Positions 11,701 to 23,700 of a DNA stretch of 64,000 nucleotides are shown here, one piece after another; the first letter of the stretch is position 1; every line of letters begins with the position of its first letter. Both the position numbers and the translations under genes were made by a program. This DNA comes from Marsupella aquatica. Taxonomy: Eukaryota; Plantae; Marchantiophyta. The DNA is taken from positions 9,794,287 to 9,858,286 of the forward strand of contig OZ316899.1 of NCBI GenBank assembly GCA_973895155.1. Reading direction: 5' to 3'. Under the pieces are notes generated by a model, which saw nothing but the letters and a program-made list of their open reading frames with translations, ran no database searches and was not told where the DNA came from.

Positions 11701-14700
11701 GTCTCCTCGGAGCAGCAAAGAATTGCCACCTCCTCCCCCACCTTCTGCAGTACGTGCTCATAACATAGCAGCATCACCACCTCCCCCACCTCCTCCACCA
11801 GCACCGCCCCCCCAAGGCAGAAGGTTATATCCTTCAAGACCACAGCCTTCTTTAATTGAAAAACCGCTGCCTAGTCTACCACTTTCTTTGCCAGGGGAGC
11901 AAGCACCACCATCCGCAGGAGGAACCGAATCACCTGTTCCGCAATTGCTCTCTCCTCTGGGTGGAAGTGGAAAACCTGATTCTGCACATGGACGACTATC
12001 CCTTCCTCCCCCACCTCCTCCTCCGCCACTCCCGTTGCGGTCAGGTGGAATTGCACAGCCCGTTTCTCTACCAGCGAACGCACAATTCACCCCAGAAGGA
12101 CAAGTGTCTTCATCTGTAGAAACAAGCGGACCACCCCTATCCCTTATCCCTCCCCCTCCCCCTCCCTTGCCTCTGGCCACAAAGCCTCCAGGTGGACGAG
12201 CACACCCTAACCCAGCAGGAGCAAAAGCACGTCCCCCCCCCCCGCCGTTTCCTCCAGGAGGAAGGGCTCCTCCTCTCGCTCCACTTCCCCCAGGAGGAAG
12301 AGTACCTCCTCCCCCGCTGCTGCCTCCAGGAGAAATAAGCCAGCCAATCTCTTCAGGCAGACAAGCACCACCACCCCCCCCTCCGCCCCTTCCGAGTGGA
12401 AGAGCACCACCTTGTCAGCTTCAAGGAAATACATCGGTCCCTCCACCCCCTCCTCCTCCACCAGGTAGCAGAGTGGCGTCACTTCTAGCAGGACAAGGTG
12501 ACTTTATCTCCACAGTGTCACCTCTATCAGGAGGAAGAGCACTGTCATCGTCAGGATGGAGAATGCCACCCCCACCACCGCCTCCCCCTACAGGTGGGTT
12601 GGCATCCCCAAAGCTTCTTGGAGTAACAGCGCCTCCGGCGCCACCTTTACCTGGTGGTTTATCTCCCTTCCCTACGGTCCTAGCCGACAAGGGATATGCT
12701 GAAGGCATGCTACTAACACCTCCACCGACCGGAAGAGGAAGAGGACTCGCTGCACCTCCGCCCCCGCCTAGTGGTAGAGGAAGAGGCCTGGCTGCACCCC
12801 CACCGCCTCCTGGAGGTCGTAGCCGGGGTGTTTCGTTATCTGTTGGATCCCCAGTTGTTGTCACTGCATCATCGGTGAAGAAGGCTACTTTGAAGCCTCT
12901 GCATTGGGTAAAAGTTACTCGAGCCGTTCAGGGGAGCTTATGGGCTGAAAATCAAAAGCAAGAAGAGCAGGCCAAGTACGCATTTGTGCCATATTCCACT
13001 CCTACACGCGTTGGGGGCGGGGGTAGTTCTATTCCAAGATGAGCTTTCCTCTGTGGTGCATTATTTCATTGAATAGCTGACTACAAATAAGCTGGTTGTG
13101 AAATAGTTTTCTGGAGCGTTTGACGAATTGTTCAGGGCATATCTTGGTTTAATGCTTAGGAAATCTGATTTTATACACAGGGGACCTGAAATTGATATGA
13201 GTGAGTTGGAAAGCTTGTTCTCCAATGCTGTGCTGCCTCCGGTGGCAGCTGGAGACAAAGCTAATCGCCGATCAAGGAGTGCTCCAAAGCAAGAAAAGAT
13301 CCATCTGGTAGGTTGTGGCTTGATCTTAAGTTTTGCAGAACTTACTATTCTACAAGTTTGAATGTGGAATCAGGAGGAATGCTCTGACGAGGAAAAATGC
13401 CCTCTAGTTCCAGACTGGGAGAGCTGTCTTGGTGCACAGTGCTGATAGTTATTAGTACAACTTGCCTTCTTGCGCATTGAATATTTGAAATGTGCAGATT
13501 GATCTCCGGAGAGCAAATAACTGTGAGATAATGTTGACAAAGATTAAAATGCCCATGCAAGATATGCTGGTAAGTTTGAAACATTTGTGCAATATTTTTT
13601 AGCGGCAATACATGTACCTGTATCGGGGTCTATCTTGGTTGTTTGGTGCTGTTTCATTCAATAAAAAGGATGCCTGTAAGATCAGTACATTTTTAACGGA
13701 GTGGTCTAGTTTCAAGTCTATTATCTGGTTGTTTTGGCCAGAATGCGGTCCTAAACTTGGATGGATCTGTCCTGGATATGGATCAAGTTGAGAATCTAAT
13801 CAAGTTTTGTCCCACAAAGGAGGAGATGGACATGTTGAAGGTAAGAGGATACGATTCAGTCGTTTATCAGCAGATGTATTACTCTGGCACCAGTCAAAAG
13901 GACCTTAAAGTTTTGGGATTTAAATCCCGTTAAAGAAAATCCCGTTCTGGGAGATCTGTAAGTGATATGCAGTTTGGGACATGTGACCTTGTTGTTGATA
14001 CCCTTGGCTTGAATCTTTGAAGCTAGTCTGTATGGGGATTCTTTTCTAAAGTGATCTGATCATGGGTTTGGTGGTGCTTCCTTGATTTTACCATGAATCT
14101 CAGTAGCGCATCGTCGCCCGTGTGAGGATTATTTAGTAATACTAATATTTTTATAGCATCTATCATACTGTTTATTGTTCACCTATCCTCTTCCATTGTA
14201 ATTAATGAGGCTGTGACTGGCACTGAAGTCCTGCTTTCCAGTACCAGAATGACTGCAAATTGTAGCATGTATAATGCTTTGTTCGTGGTCAGTGTTCCTC
14301 TTAAGGAGGATTTTATGCCGAATCTCTCGTTTCCGAGCCTTGTTGACAAAGCACCTCACGTGAAGTTTTAGTGAGCAGTGTAAATTGTAAATGTTGCTTA
14401 AATTTTGCCAGAAAGGCGGTGTAGAGTTCTTTAGGTGGATGGCTTCAGTGGACGATTTTCTGGGCCCATGTACTCATGGTTTGTATCATAGAGTGATGCA
14501 GACAGGTGTTTACTTTCCGAGCTAATTCTCCTTGTTCTGGACTTCCCAGGGACACTGCCAAGTTGCCAGTTTAGGGGACACCACATATTAAACTTGAACC
14601 TCTTTAAAATTGCAGACCTTTTGTGACAGTAAGTCTTCATGCGCGAGATATTTTGCCTTCAGGCCAATCAATTTCCGGGTCATGGATGGATAGGTTGCGT

Positions 14701-17700
14701 TACAGAGCTGACAGTTTCAGACCAAGAAACCCTAAACTTCGTCGCATGTTGCACAACGATGTCCACTCATTGCTTCCTGTTAGATTTTGAGATGGCTACT
14801 CAATGGGTATAGCCTTGCGGCCATAACCCAGTGCCTTCGATGGACGTACCCGTATTACCTTTGAAAATTTTCTCTTTATGACTTTGATGACAATCATCGA
14901 TAATTTCCCCGTCAAAGCTGTAGTGTTCAGCATATTTATGTATAAGCGTACATCAACTGTCTTACGTCCCTCTCCTTCAGGATAATACGGGGCGTTGGCG
15001 GAGGCTTTCCTACACAGACTCAGTCCTGAACAGCAGAATTAGCGTAGTGTTGTCATGGTAGTGCACGTTTAGCGACCCGATGGCCTTAATTTTGTCTGGT
15101 TTCTTCCAGAGCTTTATACAATCGACCCGTTTTCAAGCTTAACACTTAAAAGACTCCATGCTTGAAGAATTGTTTACGTACTCGATGTACAACGTTGATA
15201 GTCAGAATAGTACTAACTTTTGTGGAAATCTGGACAGTGTGAGTGTCTGGAATTGAACCAAGGATTAATTCTGTTTGTATACTCGGTCTTTCTGTGGTAA
15301 TGTCTCGAGTATGACTAGACTGTGAAGGCTTGTGTTAGTTCTTGAAAGAAATTCGGAAGTTTCTTCTTGCTTTCATTTCTCTATGACGACGGGTTTCCAG
15401 TCCTTTAGAAGGGGGAGGGGAGTTGGACCTTCGTTCATTGTTTTATGGGTTCCTTTAAACTCTGCAGAGTTCCCAGTGAATGTTTTTGGGTGAAAACATC
15501 CCATCACGTGGTAACAGCTTACATGAAAAATTGGCGAGGACTATTGGGAGAGGCGCTGGCAGCAATACCTGCACAATACGTAGGCTTTAGGAATTATACT
15601 TCAAAAAATACTAGTGGCTGAATTGTTGGGGTATCCGTTTGACATGCTCACTGATAGCGGCTCGAAACAACCTTCTTAGCGGTTCTATGAACAACATCAT
15701 CGACATTTAGGGTTTGAAGTTCATCCTGATTGGCACAAAGTGGTTTAATCCGGTCTCATGGGTGCGGAACTTTTTGAAAGATTGCACCAGCTGAAAAACT
15801 ATCATGGAATCTGCTACCTGCCTTTCTGCACTGATCTCATCTGCTGCTTGCCGAACCTCAAGTTGATGCAGCTATGGACATTACTCCGCTTCGCTCTTGA
15901 TAGGGATAAAAGGAAGTAACTGTCTATTGTCCGAATTGAGATTAGCGGAGATAGCATTTCCTAACAGAGTTTTGACAACTGCTTTCTCTCCATTTCCAAG
16001 CTCCCGCCTAAGTTATGATCGAGAGCCACATTCTCATCTTAAGGAGGCTTTGTTAACATGGAATCGAATTAAAACAAAAGTAAAAACGTTTGCTACTTCT
16101 TTGCCAGGAGGTAACGATCCCCTGCTGTTCTAATTCAGGATGCTTGGTCCCAATGAAGAAGCATTTTGGCATTGTTGTACTTTTAGATACATGCCCTGCA
16201 AAACACTCAGACAATGGAGGGGATACGACATTCGCATGCCCAGTTGTGAATAGTCTTATCCCCTGACCCACCATCTCAACTCTCACACAACACATTATTA
16301 AGGTCAAAATGAGACAATATAGTGGACACCTAGATAATGAGTTCATTGCAGACTTGTAAATAGTAAGGAAAAGAAGGCAACAGTTGGCACATTTCCAGAA
16401 GAACATTTGAGCTGGGTCTAAACTTCAGTTTGCTCATGTTCTAGCACTTAACAGGTCACATTTAGCAGGCTACTAATTATTCAAACTGCGGTCCAATCCA
16501 AAACTGCACTGCTCTTTTTTTGCAAGTTCTCCAGACGTCTCATTGTCGAAAACAGCTCGTCCGTCAAGAGAAGAGGAGAGGCTGGAAGTCAAGGCGAGCA
16601 TAATCTGGATGTCACTACTCGCACATACATGTGTCAACCGGGGAGTAGGAGAGCATTCTAAAATCTAGCTTTGAGGCCCTGCCCCTTTTCGTTGTGGATA
16701 GAACTTGGATGAGAAGTAGAAGGCACAAAATCAAGAGAATGGAGCAACACAATTTTGAGAAGCTTAAGACTTTGCCTACTTCGAATGCGGTGGACTACAA
16801 CGCTTCTCAAATATTAAGGCAAGGATTTGCCCAGCTTGTCAATTTAGCAAGCAAGATAGATAGCGCTTCAATCACCTTGGTACAAGGGCTACCAAGGTAC
16901 TTGAAATAGTACGTGGGAACAACATCCGATCACTCCATTTCAAGGTGGCGAAAAACACTCAGAAGAAAGCCTGGACTGGGGTGGCAGGCCTGTGTGAAGA
17001 CCAATTTACTCCCTTGGTCCAAGTCTGACATCTCACAGCAAATTCTTCTACATCAAGATACGACCAGATTGTCCGAACATCAGAGAAAATAGAGAGACAG
17101 GAGTTGATTAGAGTTCAATCCTTGCACGTGAAAGATACATTCTCTAAGAGATAGGGAATGAAACTCAATCTGGATAAGATCAAGATTCTTGTGTTTGACT
17201 GCAAAGTGAGGACTGCAAAGCATGATTTTTTGGGGCTCTTCTTCATCAGTAAACTTCCACTTTATGTTGCACAGAATGGCGTAGAGTTAGGTCTCCCCAT
17301 CTTCTCTTGTGACAGGTGGCAGAAATTGGAGGATCTGAAGAACTTAGTGCAGTTAGTCTGAAGTATGGAGCTTATACTTTACCTCGTCATGCTTGCTGAG
17401 TTCGAGGAGGTGCTAGATCTAGTCCCTGAGACGAGACTTTTTATTCACAGCACACGAGCTTTTTGCAGGCAGGCTCCCTGGGCCAGCTGTGCAACTTTGG
17501 AGAGCACATGACACGGGATGGTATGTTGACACTGAAACCGGACTCTACCTGGGGTAGTTCAAACTAAGTAAGTTTCCCTTTATTTCTCGAGTTCTAAGGT
17601 CTGTCTTCTCTGCATAGTGGAAGATCAACTGTTTTGAAGAGACAAGAGGACTTGGAACATTGACTACAAGCTGGAAGATGCAGTACTCAATATCAACTTT

Positions 17701-20700
17701 CATTGATAGGCATATCCCACTTAAGCCCGTTGATTGAGGAATAGAGTGGCATTTTGCAAACGTCGTTGAGTCTCTGACCTTACAATCGAGGTGGGCAAAT
17801 ATTGAAGAGATAGCTCCAGGGAGACCCTGCTCTTTTTGAGTCAGGTCATTCCGACAGTTTTATTTTGGCATCCTTGAGATGAAGATCATCCCCCTTCCTA
17901 TTTGAGAAATAGTTCAAACTGATGGCCTATTCCCTGCCTTTTCTGTTTTGCATGTCTGCCGACAATGTCCTCACTCATGAGGACCAGGCTTGCACAGTTC
18001 TGTGCATTTGGAGAATCGCAAATGCTTGAAAGGATTCTTTTTCAATGGAAATCCCGTGTTCAAGTCTTCCTCTTGACTATATTCAGGGGCTTTGTCTGGG
18101 ACTTTTGTACGTTCTATCTTTTTCCTCGTTTTTGTGCAATGGACTCAAAATCAATTCTATTTGATTAGTATTCTATACCATGTTCTTTCCTGCTGGCTCT
18201 TTTAGTAAGTAACTATCTTGCAGACGAACTCCGCTAACCTTTAGGCTGGAAATCGGTAGGTTAGTTCATAAGCCATTTAGGTTAGATTAGAGACTTAGAT
18301 TTACTTTGTAGCATGTCTTCCGTGTTCGCTTCTTGCTGGTGTATGACTTTGACTCTTGGAAGTCATTCCACTGCGTTGATCCCATGGCATTTTCAACGTA
18401 TTGTCTCGTGCTGCCTTGCAAGAGAGGGTATGCTATTGGTGTTTCAGAGGCTTCAAACACCCTGGTCCTGGCTTTTATGGCTTGCAAATTCAAATACTAA
18501 AACCCATAGGGACTAACATGAGAGTCCTTTGGTTGCAACTTTCGTCAATGATGCAATTATGAAGATCTGTGCCTACAACCTTCATGTAGGACATTCCGTC
18601 CAGTACTTGAGGAAGGACTAGGACAAGTGCGAGCCAATTGGAGAGGAACGATGGACGGCATTATACTAGCGAAACTTCACAGCAGGATGGTGCTTGAGAA
18701 ACTAGTGAACGGGCTGACAAGAAAACTTCAGAGTGACCAGTCAGGAACTCTTTCAAGAAAGTACTCGAGATCATCTCTCACTGTGGGTCCTGACTGAACA
18801 ACTCTCCATGTGAAATCTGCTTTTCTGCTCTCTTGGCTTCACTAAAGCCTTCGAGTTTTTTCGATAAGCGTATTGGACCAGAGTTGAGTTTATTGGAATT
18901 ACTTTGAGATCCAAGAAGACTCCTTGTAGGTGATGAGAGGAGGTTCTACTCGCTCTCTCCCAAAGGTGATACTCTCAACATCTTGGTGCTGCGGTACCTT
19001 CATGGGTATGTGCAGATGATTTTGAAATTATCCAGAAGTGTTGCAGGCCTTGGCTGTATCTGCTCTGGTTCGTCATGAAGTTTGATATTGATTTTGAACA
19101 AGGTATAGATACCTGTACGTTTGTGAACTCTCCACACCGTTTTGCTTGAATCAATCTCTTCATGAAGTTTCACACATTGAAGAACTGTGGGCTTACAATG
19201 ATGGGAAGTATGGGGCAATAGAGTACAGGTGATCACTCTGGTAAGCATTATCTCGGACTATACAAGGAGTGGTGTCATTGCGCAGTGGCATATCTGCGAC
19301 TCTATTTAATGCTCTTGCTATTCTCGAGTTTTTCCTCATGCCCTGATGGATGACAAACGTCTTCCATGTCTTTGAGATTTCTGAAGACCGACAGCAGTCC
19401 AAGACACGAGGCAGATGGAATCCAGTGTTGCTACTAATAGGCCCGTCAGGATACCTTTGCAGTTTGCTGTGTTCATTGGTATCTCTCTTGAAAGATCGGA
19501 TGAAATGTACTGCAGCGCTATTCGCCTTGGAAGTCGTCATACTTTATCTGTCGAAAGTATAATCGATAAAAGGCGCAGTTTGGCAATTGATGTCTTGAAC
19601 ATCTGAGATTGCTAATCAAGAAGATTTGGCCCTTTGTTCTGCAGGTTGCTGATGCCATATAGAATGTCTTCATTCCTGATTATCTTCTGGAGCTTCTGAT
19701 ATCCAGGTGGCCAAGGCTAAGCTATTGTGTCATCCGAGAGGACCTTAAATTGTTAGTCCAAATTTGCAATCCGCGATGGCAAAGCTGGGTTGATTCGGGC
19801 AAAGCATTTTTGCGAAGAGAGTGCTCAATTATAGATGATTGTGATTTTGTATCCGAAACCTGGGCGGATTATAGTTCATATGCAAATAGGGCTACTGACT
19901 TTTAGCGACGTAGCTTCAACATTGCAGAGGTTCCATCTCATCGTCTAAATCTCCATCAACCCAAGTAGCAAACTAAGATTTTCTGTTTACCACTAGAGGC
20001 ATAGTCTGGAAACAGTGATTTGTATTATGTTTCTTGGTGATCACATACGAATTTTCAGTGAGATATGGCCATGACACTTCTGTGGCAATGTGATCCCGGC
20101 ACAAATCCCTGGTTAGGAAAATTTAAACGAAATTAAGGAAAGGTTGGTTGTGATTTAAAATATTTTTCTGAACAATTGTAATGCCCATGGTTGCCCCGGA
20201 CAGGAAAGAGAGATTACAATGTGATAGTAAGCCTGAAAGGTTGCTAGTCACCTTGGGAGGTGAGCATTTCTAAGCTGTCGGAGTTTTTGCTTTCCCACAT
20301 GGCCTCTGACAAGTGTGCTAGAAACGTCTGATCGCTGCTAGCCAAAGGAAAGAACCACTCTTCAAGTAAAGCAGATGAAAAATGCGCACGTCAAACTGGC
20401 TGGGCGAGCTCTTGGTACGTTCTTTCCCCGTAAAAGTTCTAGAAAGATTGGAAGGGATTTGTGGCTGCAATTACCAATGCAATTGACAAAGCGGAGCATC
20501 TGTCTGGTCAACTCGAGTTTCCTATGTGACAAAACTCACCACCTTCTGTGTCACCGGTGATACTGGAGTTTGAGGATCATTGCAGGGATTGCGAACCCTG
20601 CGCATCCTGCTGAAATCTAAGTCCGTGGGCCTTCAGTGTAAGAAAATCATGAGATGAGCAGGTGCCTTAGGCAGGATGGTGGCTATGAGACAGATCTTGG

Positions 20701-23700
20701 GTCAATCTCTGTTACATTTAATCCGCTAGATTTGGTGTGTTTGTTGTAGAGAGCTCCAGGGGACATCATTTTAGAACTGGTTATTGAGGTAGTTATAAGT
20801 AATGAAGTTTCTGGAAGGTGAACCTTTGTCTTTAGCTCGAGTGTAACTGAGTAAATCGTTGGGAGTGTAGCGTGGTCCAATGTAGAATTGTGATGTGATC
20901 GTTCTTCGCTCTTGGTTTAGGGGACATTAATCTGTGGTAAGGATCCGTTTCATAGAGAGTATTTGGTTTAAAATGCGCCTCGAGTACAGAGGCTGTGCCT
21001 TCAAATCCTTGGTTCTGGAAGTTCCGGAGGGGTTTCACGACCGTGAACTACTCTAGGCTGTGACGTAATCAATTCTAAAACCTTCATGGGCTCGAGTATA
21101 TGTCAGTTAAGGAAGCGATATCTACTGCTCCTAAGTTTTGGAGTCGATTTCTGCAGAAGTATGCAAACGTACTAACCTCAATTAAGGAGTGTCAGTCAAA
21201 CAAAATGTGGGAAACACGTCGTAGAAAATTGGACTGTGGTATTGCCGTCCAGGACCTCTGAGATGAAGTTGACCCCGTCTCAAGTGTGAGCGCATTTGCC
21301 CTGCATGCACACTTCATCATTTGGGAAGTCCGGTGGAAGCCCCTTCCATTTTGCGAATATGAATCTTTATAGATCTTGATTGTTATGGTAGTTTGGTACA
21401 ATTGTTGCATAGTACAGTAGATGACTCGAGTTAAGTCTTCCAGGCGTGCGACCTATATTGAGATTTCACAAGACCAGGCTTTTTTATTTGATAATTGGTT
21501 ATCAAACGAAAAGGAGGTAAGCAAGAAGCTCAGTGAAGATGACAAAGTGTGGCATGATCATCAATTTGTGATGGTGCATGAGTCAACAATGACATCTTGG
21601 TTCAATGCGAAGGAATGATACAATGTTATGAGTCTCCTGAAGAATAGGAAATTTCAGCACTACTCGCATTTGAAATACCGGCCGGCCTGCTTGTCCTGCC
21701 CTGTGATTTGTGAGCCAATCACAGTGCTAGCTGGCAAATCTGGATCGGCTGTTTTCGTTTATATTGAGCATTCTCTGTAAAAGTGCAATTAGACATTCTA
21801 GAGCAATGGCTTCAATGTTAGCAGATTCGGGTGGAGTTGTGTGCCTCTTTCTCGGCCATCTCCAAGCTTGCTGGGCACTGAGAGCTCAAGGGCCCACTTC
21901 TCACTGTCATCGAAGGTAGTTGCTGCGAATGTAGCTGAAGGACTTGCACAGGGCTCAATGTGTCTGAACTACATAGCATAAGGTTTGGATCTCATTCCTG
22001 CACATTCTTTTCCTGCTGCCCTATCCATACGATGGGTATCTGGATATGGCTAAAGACAAGAACTGCAGTCGTCCTCAGGTATTTACCTTTGAACAGAATT
22101 CTGAATTGAGTGGGTTGAATCGCTTCCTGTATCCTGCGTGTCTAGGTGCAAGACTGAAAAAACTTTTCATGAGTTGCCTTACTTTTGTAGTGCTGTAGTT
22201 TGCTGGGTTTAACTGGATGGATAGTATGGATTGTCCAGCCTGGTGGCAGGCAAAATTGAACACCGTTATTGAAGAGGGCAGGACTTGCAGATGCAATTTC
22301 CTTTTAGACCATCTTGGATATGTATGTTTGGCATCCAAGGTAATCTTCTTCGTTGCTATCGAGCTCGCTAATGCTGATATCCAAGACGTTTTAGAAGCTG
22401 TCTTTTCTCTGCGACCATATTCAGTTGGAACTTTGTATGGGTCATCTTACCTTTAGGTCTCAGTGGCAGAACAACTTTAATGTTTTGAATAGGCTTCATT
22501 CATTTGAGGTGTGATGTAGAGCACTTTGCCCGCTACGGATCAGCGTCGTCTGCATCAAAGCAAACCTTATGCACTGATCTTTTAGGATCCTGGTTCTCTG
22601 AGCTTTGGGGCTTTTCCAGTGCAGTTGACCCTTCTTCTCAGATTAGGACATTCATGGTTGAGAAAAAAGGGAGCTATTTATCTTCTCACTGCAATCCTGA
22701 AAGGAACGACTCTGCAGCAACATGGAACTGTGTCTACCCAAATCCTGAGCTAAACTGGATAGCTATGGTTAAGTTCTACTTTGAAGAGACTCTGTAACCT
22801 GAAACAATTATTTCCTCTCAAGTTCATTTCTGTGGGCCGAAATTGAAAGGATTCAGGTGGCAAACTCCTTACTGATTGCACCTCCAAGAGTAAACGATTG
22901 TGGTCTGAATATGTATAGACCGCAGATCCATGTAAAGTTTGTTCTCAAAGGATTGTCAAACTCAACATTGGAAGTGATTATTCCTTTTCGAAAAAATTCT
23001 ATCCTGACATTAACTGTAGATAGAGTAGACGAGCATAGAGGAGATTACTGGAATACAGGAAAATATTTCTGAATTATGGATTTCGAAGAATGTACAAGAA
23101 AACTTTATTGAGACTGTCATCCCCTTGCCTCTTACAAGGATTGGCAGATAGAAAGTTTACCTTCAAATAACGGACTGCTGCATCTTGAGGTGGTACAATA
23201 TTCCTGCAATTGAGTCAAACCGCCCTTTTATCCCCGCAAAAGTGACAGGCAGGTAGTGACATAGCAACAGACACAACGGCTTCATAAAGTGACAGTGAAA
23301 AGGACCTCAGACGACAAATCAAATAAACCAAGACTTACAGTAAGAATGTCAGAGCTCAAATTTTGGGATTGATGACTTAAAACCAAATCCTTTCTAAAAT
23401 TCTACCAGCACTCGAGGCAAACAGCCATCTGACAAGTTATCATGAGAGTCCCATAGTAGTGAAGATTTGGTGATGAGTTTATGGGTAGCCTGTCGCCAAA
23501 CTGACCAAACCGTCATGGTCAGCATTCTTTAGCTTGTCATCAGCCCCTAACCCGATCCTAGGTATCCTCGTTGTAGTAATTATAGACGATAATGTGTAGC
23601 GAAAGTTAGATTATTGAAGGGGCTGTCCAACTAAGATTTCTGTTCGTAGTCAGAAAACTTCTACTGGTTTTTAACATTCTTGTAAAATTTTAGAATTGTC

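Noticed and set aside
11622-12864. Gly-rich ORFs on the - strand
   Set aside because: They are antisense shadows of the polyproline FH1 exon.
17155-17240. GMKLNLDK...DFLG read as LINE or group II intron RT domains 6-7
   Set aside because: There is no upstream YADD or QG.PLSP. The flanking motifs (FEK, GGE..QK.WT, PRNTase HR) fit a negative-strand virus L protein better.
14439-23400. Bunyavirus-type L segment
   Set aside because: I found no convincing SDD, QG..H or PD-(D/E)xK endonuclease motifs, and the PRNTase motifs argue for Haploviricotina.
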